In this document: positions 8,422 through 16,033 of the stretch, piece by piece
Position numbering within the stretch: position 1 is the first letter of the stretch
Layout: every line of letters starts with the position of its first letter
NCBI RefSeq assembly: GCF_000145295.1
Contig: NC_014408.1
Location: 60,001-92,000 of the forward strand
Direction of reading: 5' to 3'
DNA from: Methanothermobacter marburgensis str. Marburg
GTDB lineage: Archaea; Methanobacteriota; Methanobacteria; Methanobacteriales; Methanothermobacteraceae
DNA: 32,000 bases
Notes under the pieces: model-generated
Seen by the model: only the letters and a program-made list of their open reading frames with translations
Told to the model about the DNA's origin: nothing
The model's database searches: none
Position numbers and translations under genes: made by a program

Positions 8422-8840
8422 TCTTCCTCCTCCCTCTCACATGGGAACATGTCGTTCCAGAAGTCCTCCCATATTCTTGAGATGTGGTTTTTCATTATAT
8501 CACGGATCCTCTCTATTGTTTCATTTCCCAGCGGGGTTATCTCGTAGTACTTGACCCTCTTCTCCCCGTGCATCTCCCATGAACCCCTTATGAGTCCCTT
8601 CTTCTCCAGGTCGTGGAGTACTGGGTAGATGACGCTTGGACCGGGCGGTTTGATCTCCTGGCAGTGCATCCCCTTGATCGAGTAGAACTTCTCAAGTCGT
8701 CGCATTATCTCGTATCCATGGATCTTTTCCCTGCTTATCATCCAGAGGATCATTGTTTTTCCGAATCCCCTCATGAAACTCTTTATTATCTTCTCGTCAA
8801 ACTGTCCCCCCTTTCCATGGGGGCCATTTTCTGCACACAT
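8418..8840 (-). CDS. PadR-family winged-helix transcriptional regulator
   Basis: HGYEIMRRLEKF...VIYPVLHDLEKKGLIRGSWE..GEKRVKYYEITPLG is the PadR signature. GGAGAT SD lies 6 nt before ATG 8840. Confidence 0.85.
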   Translation of the reverse strand: MCAENGPHGKGGQFDEKIIKSFMRGFGKTMILWMISREKIHGYEIMRRLEKFYSIKGMHCQEIKPPGPSVIYPVLHDLEKKGLIRGSWEMHGEKRVKYYEITPLGNETIERIRDIMKNHISRIWEDFWNDMFPCEREEEE

Positions 8841-8858
8841 CAGGACATCTCCAGAAAG

Positions 8859-8883
8859 TGATATATCAATTTTCTGATATATC
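8859..8883. promoter_or_regulatory. Candidate PadR operator: two copies of TGATATATC (palindromic core GATATATC) with 16-bp spacing
   Basis: Copies at 8859-8867 and 8875-8883, 19-43 nt upstream of the padR ATG and just downstream of the TATA element at 8888-8897. Confidence 0.5.
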
Positions 8884-8887
8884 CTGT

Positions 8888-8897
8888 TTTATATATA
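8888..8897 (-). promoter_or_regulatory. TATA box of the padR-ABC operon (TATATATAAA on the minus strand, A-rich BRE-like tract upstream)
   Basis: The minus strand reads CCAAAAAGTATATATAAAACAGG, which predicts a TSS around 8866. The plus-strand reading TTTATATA (8888-8895) is also consensus. Confidence 0.5.
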
Positions 8898-9131
8898 CTT
8901 TTTGGTGGTACGATGAAGGTAAGGTCGAGGTAGCACTGAAACAGTTCTGATCACCACACACTATCAGGCGAAGAGGAACGCCCTTCACATCCAGCCCATG
9001 TTCAGGGTCACTGTAGACGTCTTAACACCGCAGGGACCCTGCAGATCCAGGCACCTATAAGTATCTTTCATTTTCAGAGGGAATGGAAACACTCATAAGG
9101 CCGGCTGAATAGAAAACCTACCGGGATCTAT

Positions 9132-9878
9132 ATGAGACTCGGATTTTCAACCCTGGCACTTTTCATGGAACCAATGGAGAATATCCTGGAGAAAGCAGAG
9201 GAGGACGGCTTTCAGCTTCTTGAAATACTCTGCGAGGGACCCTACTGGCCCCGGAGGCTCCTTGAAGATGGGGCAGCACTGGAGGTATTTGAATCCTTTG
9301 ACCTTGAGATACTCCTCCACGCCCCCACCATAGACCTGAACCCTGGCAGCATGAACCAGGGCGTAAGGGAGGAAACAGAAAGACAGATGATTGAGACAGT
9401 GGAACTCGCATCAAGGATAGGGGCAACAACCGTAACAACCCACCCGGGTCTTGTGCACAGGAGGGAGGAGAGGATAAGGAACGCGGCTCTTAAATTCGCG
9501 GCAGAAACACTTAAAAACTGTGTGGCCCATGCAGAGGATTCATCGGTAAAGTTCTCAGTTGAGAACATGCCTGACAGGTTCTCATACCTCTGCAACAGCC
9601 CCCGTGAGCTTGAAGAATTCTCAGAGAAATGCGGATCATATGTGACTGTGGATGTGGGCCATGCAAACACCACAGGTTTCCTTGAGGATTTCCTCAGCAT
9701 GGAAAGAATAGCCCACCACCACCTGAGCGACAACAACGGTGAAAGGGACCAGCACCTCCCCCTGGGGGAGGGCACGGTTGACCTTGAACTCCTCAGGGGG
9801 ATAGACCGTGGGGTGATAGAACTGAATAACTATGAGGGAGTCATAAAGAGCAGGAGAATCCTGGAATCATTTTATTGA
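9132..9878 (+). CDS. Sugar phosphate isomerase/epimerase-like TIM-barrel protein (xylose isomerase-like / AP endonuclease 2 fold)
   Basis: 248 aa. Pattern HAP..DLNP, ..TTHPG.., ..VENM.., ..DVGHAN.., ..HHLSDNNGERDQHLPLGEG is typical of this metal-dependent TIM-barrel family. Confidence 0.7.
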   Translation: MRLGFSTLALFMEPMENILEKAEEDGFQLLEILCEGPYWPRRLLEDGAALEVFESFDLEILLHAPTIDLNPGSMNQGVREETERQMIETVELASRIGATTVTTHPGLVHRREERIRNAALKFAAETLKNCVAHAEDSSVKFSVENMPDRFSYLCNSPRELEEFSEKCGSYVTVDVGHANTTGFLEDFLSMERIAHHHLSDNNGERDQHLPLGEGTVDLELLRGIDRGVIELNNYEGVIKSRRILESFY

Positions 9879-10438
9879 GGCAAAAGAATGAAGAAGAACA
9901 GATTGAGGGCCTCGCCGATGGAATATTTGCCATTGCAATGACACTCCTTGTTCTGGGCATTGAAGTGCCAGAGGGAATCATAACAGAGTCCTCAATGGCT
10001 TCATACCTCACACTCCTCGCCCCCAGGATCTACATCTACTGCCTCAGCTTCCTCCTCCTCGGGATTTTCTGGCGGGTTAACCACATGCAATTTGAAAACC
10101 TGAGGGAGGTTGACACGGGTTTCCTGTGGATAAACATATTCTGGCTGATGTTTGTGGCCATGGTGCCCTTCTCAACGGAACTTACAAGAGACTATGGCGG
10201 ACTTGTGACATCCAATGTCATATTCCATGTTAACATGCTGATGATAGGCCTCCTACTATCTGCAAGCTGGTTCTATGCATATAGAAATGGGCTCATGGAT
10301 GTTGAAAGGGACCAGTACCTGAGGGCACTTAAGAGGAACCTTCTGATTTGTGGCAATCGTGGCGCTCCTGATAACACCATTCACGCCCGGGTACAGCTCC
10401 ATTGCCTATGCAATCAGGTCCTCAAGAGGTTCATCTAG
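9875..10438 (+). CDS. DUF1211 / TMEM175-like membrane (putative K+ channel) protein; the 3' end is probably frameshifted
   Basis: TTG start overlaps the upstream stop (TTGA). The N-terminal motif LADGIFAIAMTLLVL is the DUF1211 hallmark. After codon ATT (10346-10348) the annotated frame turns Cys/charge-rich, while the +1 frame encodes a TM helix (see findings). Confidence 0.65.
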   Translation: MRQKNEEEQIEGLADGIFAIAMTLLVLGIEVPEGIITESSMASYLTLLAPRIYIYCLSFLLLGIFWRVNHMQFENLREVDTGFLWINIFWLMFVAMVPFSTELTRDYGGLVTSNVIFHVNMLMIGLLLSASWFYAYRNGLMDVERDQYLRALKRNLLICGNRGAPDNTIHARVQLHCLCNQVLKRFI

Positions 10439-10441
10439 ATA

Positions 10442-10795
10442 TCAGGGTCTTATATAGGCCCATCCATCGCACTGTTTTCTGACAATCTCACCCACACCCG
10501 AGGATACGGTATCAACACCCTCAACAAGTTCCCCTGAGGTTATACCCCATGCATTCAGGGTGTTGGAACAGGCAGCAAATCTGACACCATCATCAATGAG
10601 CTCACCGATCATATCTGAGTACTCTGAGTCCCTCATGAGGGCGCTGACACCCTTTGAGTACGCCACAACCTCAATCTCAACATTCTGAATGTCGGCCATC
10701 AGGTTCCTCACATTGGCAAAAAGCAGCAAAACCCTCTCATCGTCATCCTCATCAAGGTGGAAGACCACACGGTAAATCCTCTCATCACCCATCAT
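10442..10795 (-). CDS. DsrE/DsrF-like (COG1416-type) small protein
   Basis: ..YRVVFHLDEDD..VEIEVVAYSKGV..VRFAACSNTL.. fits the DsrE-like fold family. GGTGATC SD abuts ATG 10795/10792. The ORF-track start at 10810 is a GTG upstream of the SD. Confidence 0.65.
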   Translation of the reverse strand: MMGDERIYRVVFHLDEDDDERVLLLFANVRNLMADIQNVEIEVVAYSKGVSALMRDSEYSDMIGELIDDGVRFAACSNTLNAWGITSGELVEGVDTVSSGVGEIVRKQCDGWAYIRP

Positions 10796-10892
10796 GATCA
10801 CCCGGTTCACAATTACAGTTGAAGACAGTCATACGTGCTATCCCTAATGACTTCAGTACAATATTCACAGGGTATTCATCGCGTGAGGACAA

Positions 10893-12317
10893 TCATACAG
10901 GTGTTATCCTACCATCGAGCTCGGCGTCAACAGGGCTGTTCTTCTCAACGTACTCCCTGAGGGCGTCAACGGCCCTTATGTCCATCTCCTCGTGGTTATC
11001 ACCGTACCGTGATGGCACACCCTGACTGGTGACGTAGACTGCACTGTAGGTTCTATCCGGCTCAAGGGGCTTCCCGTTCACGAATATCTTCTGTACCCGG
11101 CTACCGGGCGGGTTTTCTATCTTGAAGTAGATCTCGAGGCCCATGCACCTCTTGAGGTAGCCCCCCATCTGCCTGTAGGGGTCCCTGGAGAATGTGAGCT
11201 CAATGTTCTCCTCCATCATCTCCAGGATCTCCCTCCCCAGAAGTTCAACACGTGATACCGGGGGATTAACAGGGATAATGTTCCAGAGGTCCTCAACCCG
11301 GATATCTCCAGGGGGTACCGGGGCACCGTAGCGCCATCCATTGGAGAATGCAAGTTCAGAGTCATCCGCATCCATTATTGCCCGGAGGAGAAGGTTGTCC
11401 ATGGTTGACTCCAGTATGGTGTACCTGTTGAGGTGCGTCCTGGTTGAACCCACGGTGGCCTCAAGGTAGTCCCTGTCCACCTCAACCGCCCTCATGACCA
11501 TCTCCTCAACATCCTCATTTGACGGACCTCTGACCCTTACAAGTTCGTGTTTGAATTTCTGGACACCACCATCAACCTCAAGGTCAAGGCGTCCAATGAA
11601 TGAGCCATGGCACCCTGACTGTATTATGATGGTGTCATTGACAATGAAGGGTCTCTCGAGCCTGTTGTGGGTGTGGGCGCTCAGAAGCACGTCTATGCCA
11701 TCAACATCCGCCGCCAGCTGGCACTCCTGGGGGAAACCCAGATGTGATATGACCACCACCAGGTCGACCCGCTCCTCATCACGGAGCACCTCTATCCAGT
11801 AGGGGAGTTCATCACGTCCAAGGGTGAACTCAAGGCCCTCACTGAACCGTGGGGGCATCACCTTATCCACTATATTGGATGCTATCCCCACAACACCCAC
11901 CTGGAGGTCACCCCTCTCCACTATCTCATATGGTCTAAAAGCAAGGCGTTCTGTACCCTCATGGTAGCAGTTTATTGCAAGAACTGGGTGATTCAGCTTT
12001 TCAGATATTTCCATGAATCTTCTGGGTCCATAGGCGAACTCCCAGTGGGCTGTCATGGCATCAAAGCGCATTTCATTGAGTATGGGGATAAGGGCGGCGC
12101 CCTCGCTCTTCACGGCATGGTATGTGCCGTGTATGGTGTCACCACAGTCAAATAGTAGTGTGGGTCCTTCTTCACGTATTCCATCCACAAGGCCTGCTAT
12201 GTGGTGGTAGCCCCCCAGGGTCTCATACCTTATATTTCTGCCCTCCCAGAAGAGTTCCGGGTGGGATTTGAGGTAGCCGTGGGTGTCATTCACCTGCACG
12301 ATGCAAAGTTCACTCAA
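10893..12317 (-). CDS. Cytoplasmic bifunctional metallophosphatase / 5'-nucleotidase-family protein (UshA/SoxB architecture)
   Basis: N-terminal VQVNDTHGY, GDTIHG and GNHEF-like (AHWEFAYG) metallophosphoesterase motifs, plus a 5'-nucleotidase C-terminal domain. No signal peptide. TTG start at 12317, 6 nt after a G6 run. Confidence 0.75.
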   Translation of the reverse strand: MSELCIVQVNDTHGYLKSHPELFWEGRNIRYETLGGYHHIAGLVDGIREEGPTLLFDCGDTIHGTYHAVKSEGAALIPILNEMRFDAMTAHWEFAYGPRRFMEISEKLNHPVLAINCYHEGTERLAFRPYEIVERGDLQVGVVGIASNIVDKVMPPRFSEGLEFTLGRDELPYWIEVLRDEERVDLVVVISHLGFPQECQLAADVDGIDVLLSAHTHNRLERPFIVNDTIIIQSGCHGSFIGRLDLEVDGGVQKFKHELVRVRGPSNEDVEEMVMRAVEVDRDYLEATVGSTRTHLNRYTILESTMDNLLLRAIMDADDSELAFSNGWRYGAPVPPGDIRVEDLWNIIPVNPPVSRVELLGREILEMMEENIELTFSRDPYRQMGGYLKRCMGLEIYFKIENPPGSRVQKIFVNGKPLEPDRTYSAVYVTSQGVPSRYGDNHEEMDIRAVDALREYVEKNSPVDAELDGRITPV

Positions 12318-12336
12318 TATCAGCCCCCCATATTTC

Positions 12337-12386
12337 AGAATTCTATATCCAGAACCTAGAAATTTAGAATTCTATATCCAGAACCT
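12337..12386. repeat. Tandem duplication: 21-bp perfect direct repeat AGAATTCTATATCCAGAACCT (period 29 bp)
   Basis: Copy 1 at 12337-12357 is intergenic. Copy 2 at 12366-12386 encodes the last seven codons (..VLDIEF) and part of the stop codon of the HAD gene. Confidence 0.9.
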
Positions 12387-13155
12387 CCCTTATGTTATCA
12401 ACAACGTAGTCAGCAGCATCAATCAGCCTCTGAGGAACAGGTTCCCTCTGCTGTAGTGTTAAAACCCCCACGTCAGCCTCCCTCAATGCAAGGATATCGT
12501 TGAGGCCGTTACCCACCATCATGACACTGCTGTACCTTCGCTTCAGGTTCTGGATTATCTCTGCCTTCCTCTCGGTGTCAGCGGTGTCAAAGACGTTTTC
12601 CTGGGGTATCCTGATGATCCTTGCAAGTTCCCTCAGTGACCCCCTCCGGTCTCCTGATGCAATGTATATGTGGATGTTTCTTTTCCTGAGTTCCTCCACA
12701 ACCTCCAGGACCTCCGGGAAGAGTTTTCCACCTGCGGTTATTGTGAAGTCAACCATGTTTCTGTCAATGTTGACTATGAAGCCGGATCCACTGCATATCT
12801 GTATGTTGTAGTTCTTACTGGAAACGGCATCTATGGTGTCCTGTATGTCCCTGACAGTTGCAGGGTCATCCCTGAGGATATCCAGGATCTCATCAGAGGT
12901 AACCGCGGTGTTGGCGTAGCTGACATCGAAGTCTATGCGGTTCCTCTTTATGAACTCATATATGGTCTGGTCGGGTTTTGCGTTTACAATACATGTCGCA
13001 GGGTCGGTCTGAAGCACAACAAGGGCCCTTCTATCCCTGTAATCCACTATATCAAGTGAATTCATCCTGTCACATATCTTACCTGTTTTAAGGTTCTTGA
13101 GGGCCCTGTACCTTCTTATGAGTGTCCCTGAGTTATCAAAAACAGCTGCCTTCAT
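12364..13155 (-). CDS. Soluble P-type-ATPase-like HAD phosphatase (COG4087-type; no TM segments)
   Basis: FDNSGTL (compare DKTGT), ..IYIASGDRRGS.., ..VMMVGNGLNDILALREADVGV (compare VGDGINDAPAL). ATG 13155 places the Asp at residue 7 and lies ~30 nt from the AT-block 13179-13193. The ORF-track GTG at 13176 is the alternative start. Confidence 0.7.
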   Translation of the reverse strand: MKAAVFDNSGTLIRRYRALKNLKTGKICDRMNSLDIVDYRDRRALVVLQTDPATCIVNAKPDQTIYEFIKRNRIDFDVSYANTAVTSDEILDILRDDPATVRDIQDTIDAVSSKNYNIQICSGSGFIVNIDRNMVDFTITAGGKLFPEVLEVVEELRKRNIHIYIASGDRRGSLRELARIIRIPQENVFDTADTERKAEIIQNLKRRYSSVMMVGNGLNDILALREADVGVLTLQQREPVPQRLIDAADYVVDNIREVLDIEF

Positions 13156-13272
13156 CAGTGATATTATGTTTTTCACGGTATTAATTAATTATTGGGAGGA
13201 GTATGGATTGAAAAAGAAAATTGAGTTTTTAAATGTTTTCCCGATTTGCTCTTGGAAGGTTTTCATCATGGA

Positions 13273-15918
13273 TTAATAATCCCTGAGAGTTTTCTGGCTG
13301 GTTTTTTCTTTGATTGTTTTTATCATGGTGTCTCTGTTCACTGTGAGTCCTTCGAGCCACTGTTTTTCCTTGCAGTCTGGCAGGAATTCTATTATGGCCT
13401 GGGCTACCCTGTAGAATTTTTCATCGGTTCCGTAGCCGGTTTCAAGGAGCAGGTCTTGGAGTTCTTCTCTCCTGCCCTGGCTCCAGAGTCTGGCTGCGAG
13501 GTGGAGTGCGTCTATGAGTTCTGTGGTGTCATGGTCCTCACCCCTCTTGTCGGGGCCGAGGACTGTGACCTTACCCCTCTGTATCCTTATGAATCCGGTC
13601 CTGGTGTTCTGGAGGTCTATGCCGAGGCTGCCTGCGAGTTTTCTGGCCTCGTCGAAGTCCACGCTGGAGTTTCCGAAGTTCCACCGGTAGAAGAGGTAGA
13701 ACCTTGTGAGGGATGAGAGTCCCTCGGCGAATCCATTATCCAGTATCCTCCTTATGGCGAAATCCGCGGCAACCGCGCGTATATCATCCAGTAACCGGGA
13801 ACCCCTGACAATCTCGCCATTGTACTTGAGAATCTCACTGTACTTCCCTATAACCTCCAGGCCGGCCCCTATGGCCGCGATGAAAAAGTCCGGGCCACTT
13901 ATACCCTCACCCCACAGGTAATCCAGCTTCTCACCCAGGACCTCCTTCAACTCACCCAGAACCTCCTCATAATAACCGGTGCTCTTCTCAAAATCAGGCT
14001 TACGGGCTACAATATAAATAGAGGAGGCAAGGGCCGCTGAACCCTGGGCACGCATACGCGCCCTCATCTCAGTGAATATGGGCCACGACGCGGTCACCAC
14101 TAGACCAGAGTCAAGGATGGAGTTTATAACGGTTTCCCAGCCATGGGTGGTCTTATGGGCATAGACGATATTGGCTATGCCACCTGGCCTGAGGACACGG
14201 TGTATCTCCCTGAATGAGTCCCTGAGCATGGACTCGAACTCCTCCCGGGCCTCATCCATACTCTTATCATTGGTGTAGGCCACCATCTCACCCCTCTTAG
14301 GCGTGAGGGGTGTCATGAAAAGATCCGGGTAAAGATCACCCAGGGCCCTCTTCAACCACACATAAAAGAAATCCGAAAGATACGAATACGGCACATTATC
14401 ATAATACGGAGGATCAGTGAAAACCGCATCAAAATAGTCATCGTCAAAAGGAAGAGAAACTGCAGAACCTTGAAAAACATGGGGAACAAGACCAGAGATT
14501 TTTAAAAAAGACTTAAAAATTTTTTCTAACGCATTTAAAGTATATGAAAACTGTTTTTTCCAACCTTGAACTCCTTTTATGACATTAGTTTCAGCATAAT
14601 CCCAAACCATTGGCAAAGCTTGCCTGCCAAATGTGTGTTCTTGTTTCTCAGCTATGTTGTTCCATATAGAGAGAGAACCATTTCTATCAGCTATCCTGTC
14701 CAATCCCAATCCCAGATAGCTTACTACAGCCTTTGAGTAGTCCTCTTCGTATCCTTCTTTTAGCATTTCTTGGTGTGCTTGCCGGATTTTCTCAGTGAAT
14801 GTGATGAGGGCAAGTTTCTGCCGGGCATTGAAAAGATCACCCCATGTCTTCATATCATATCTCTGTATCCTGAAACCCAGAGTCCCCACAGGAGGTAACT
14901 CCTCATCCGGGACTGGGTCTATTCCCCACTGGTCCATGAGTTCATCTCTTTTCTTTTCCAGGTATTCCTGGGCTTCCATGCAGGCTTCCAGATCCCTTTC
15001 TGTTGCGAGGCGGTAGGTTTTACCCCTCCTCTGGGGGTGTGTGAGTGCCACGGCGATGAGCCTCTCACCCGCCTTACCCTCCTGGAACAGACGCCTGGTA
15101 TCAGCGCCAGGTATGGTTGAACCGCAGACAGGACAGGTCACAATGGCCCTTGAAATGGTCCCCCTGGAGGGGTCAAAGTCAGGGTCCTCCACAATCTCAA
15201 ATTCCACACCCGCACCTGTAACCACAGGTTTGAGGGCTATTTTCCTGTTCTTTTTCCTGGCGAGCCAGTACTGTCTCATGAGTGGTACCTCTGCCCCGCA
15301 GTCAGGGTTCTGGCAGGGAAGTGTCCTGGCCCAGATGTAAGCCGCCGGGATTGAACCATCATCATCCTCCGGGTAGAAACGTGAAAGCTCCTCCCTGGCC
15401 TCCCTGAGGACCCATTCACCCCACCTCTTAACATCCCTCAGAAGCCTGGATTCACTGTCAGACCAGGAATCACTGGCCCCGTACCTCTGGGGGTACTCAA
15501 GTGTGCACTTCTGGATGAGGACAGCCACCGGGTTGAGATCCATACTGTAGGTTTCACACCCCAGACGGAGGGCCTCAAGGGGTATGCTGCCACCACCACC
15601 AAAGGGGTCCAGCACACGGGGCGGCCGACCATTATACTCCCTTATATCCCTCCGGGCCCTCTCAATCATCCCCTGATTCAAACTGTTCTCCCACTCACTC
15701 AACTCCTCAATGAACCTCTTAACCCGGACCTCCTCCAGTTCATCACCCGCAGTTGGGATCAGACTGGCGTAGATGGTGGCCCGGCTGCTTGCAAGGGGCC
15801 GGCGGGCCCACCAGATATGAAGCGTGGAAATATGACCATGCCTTATATTCTTCTCACGGGCAGAATTCTCACTCACCCTCGCAACAGGAAAAGTCCTCTC
15901 AATAAACCTCTCATCCAT
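13273..15918 (-). CDS. DUF1156 / COG1743-type adenine-specific DNA methyltransferase containing a Zn-ribbon
   Basis: N-terminus ERTFPV..REKNIRHGHISTLHIWWARRPL (DUF1156). Motif I LDPFGGGGSIPLEA (15571-15612). CQNPDC...CPVC ribbon (15124-15315). Motif IV DPPY (14404-14415). GGAGGA SD lies 8 nt before ATG 15918; the ORF-track GTG at 15933 is the alternative start. Confidence 0.85.
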   Translation of the reverse strand: MDERFIERTFPVARVSENSAREKNIRHGHISTLHIWWARRPLASSRATIYASLIPTAGDELEEVRVKRFIEELSEWENSLNQGMIERARRDIREYNGRPPRVLDPFGGGGSIPLEALRLGCETYSMDLNPVAVLIQKCTLEYPQRYGASDSWSDSESRLLRDVKRWGEWVLREAREELSRFYPEDDDGSIPAAYIWARTLPCQNPDCGAEVPLMRQYWLARKKNRKIALKPVVTGAGVEFEIVEDPDFDPSRGTISRAIVTCPVCGSTIPGADTRRLFQEGKAGERLIAVALTHPQRRGKTYRLATERDLEACMEAQEYLEKKRDELMDQWGIDPVPDEELPPVGTLGFRIQRYDMKTWGDLFNARQKLALITFTEKIRQAHQEMLKEGYEEDYSKAVVSYLGLGLDRIADRNGSLSIWNNIAEKQEHTFGRQALPMVWDYAETNVIKGVQGWKKQFSYTLNALEKIFKSFLKISGLVPHVFQGSAVSLPFDDDYFDAVFTDPPYYDNVPYSYLSDFFYVWLKRALGDLYPDLFMTPLTPKRGEMVAYTNDKSMDEAREEFESMLRDSFREIHRVLRPGGIANIVYAHKTTHGWETVINSILDSGLVVTASWPIFTEMRARMRAQGSAALASSIYIVARKPDFEKSTGYYEEVLGELKEVLGEKLDYLWGEGISGPDFFIAAIGAGLEVIGKYSEILKYNGEIVRGSRLLDDIRAVAADFAIRRILDNGFAEGLSSLTRFYLFYRWNFGNSSVDFDEARKLAGSLGIDLQNTRTGFIRIQRGKVTVLGPDKRGEDHDTTELIDALHLAARLWSQGRREELQDLLLETGYGTDEKFYRVAQAIIEFLPDCKEKQWLEGLTVNRDTMIKTIKEKTSQKTLRDY

Positions 15919-16033
15919 AAAACAATCCTCCACATGGTTCCGCAGAACTGGATGATCGCATTAACAACAGTTCATCCTGGTTTATTCTGGGCATGATACA
16001 TATTGGAGGGCATAGCTATTAAATTAGCTGTCA

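Noticed and set aside
9242-9775. 177-aa minus-strand ORF (and the 91-aa ORF at 9163..9438) inside the TIM-barrel gene
   Set aside because: Antisense shadow ORFs. The sense frame has clear family motifs.
13246-13716. 156-aa plus-strand ORF overlapping the 3' end of the methyltransferase gene
   Set aside because: Antisense frame rich in E, V, F and G with no motifs. The methylase frame is continuous and family-typical through this region.
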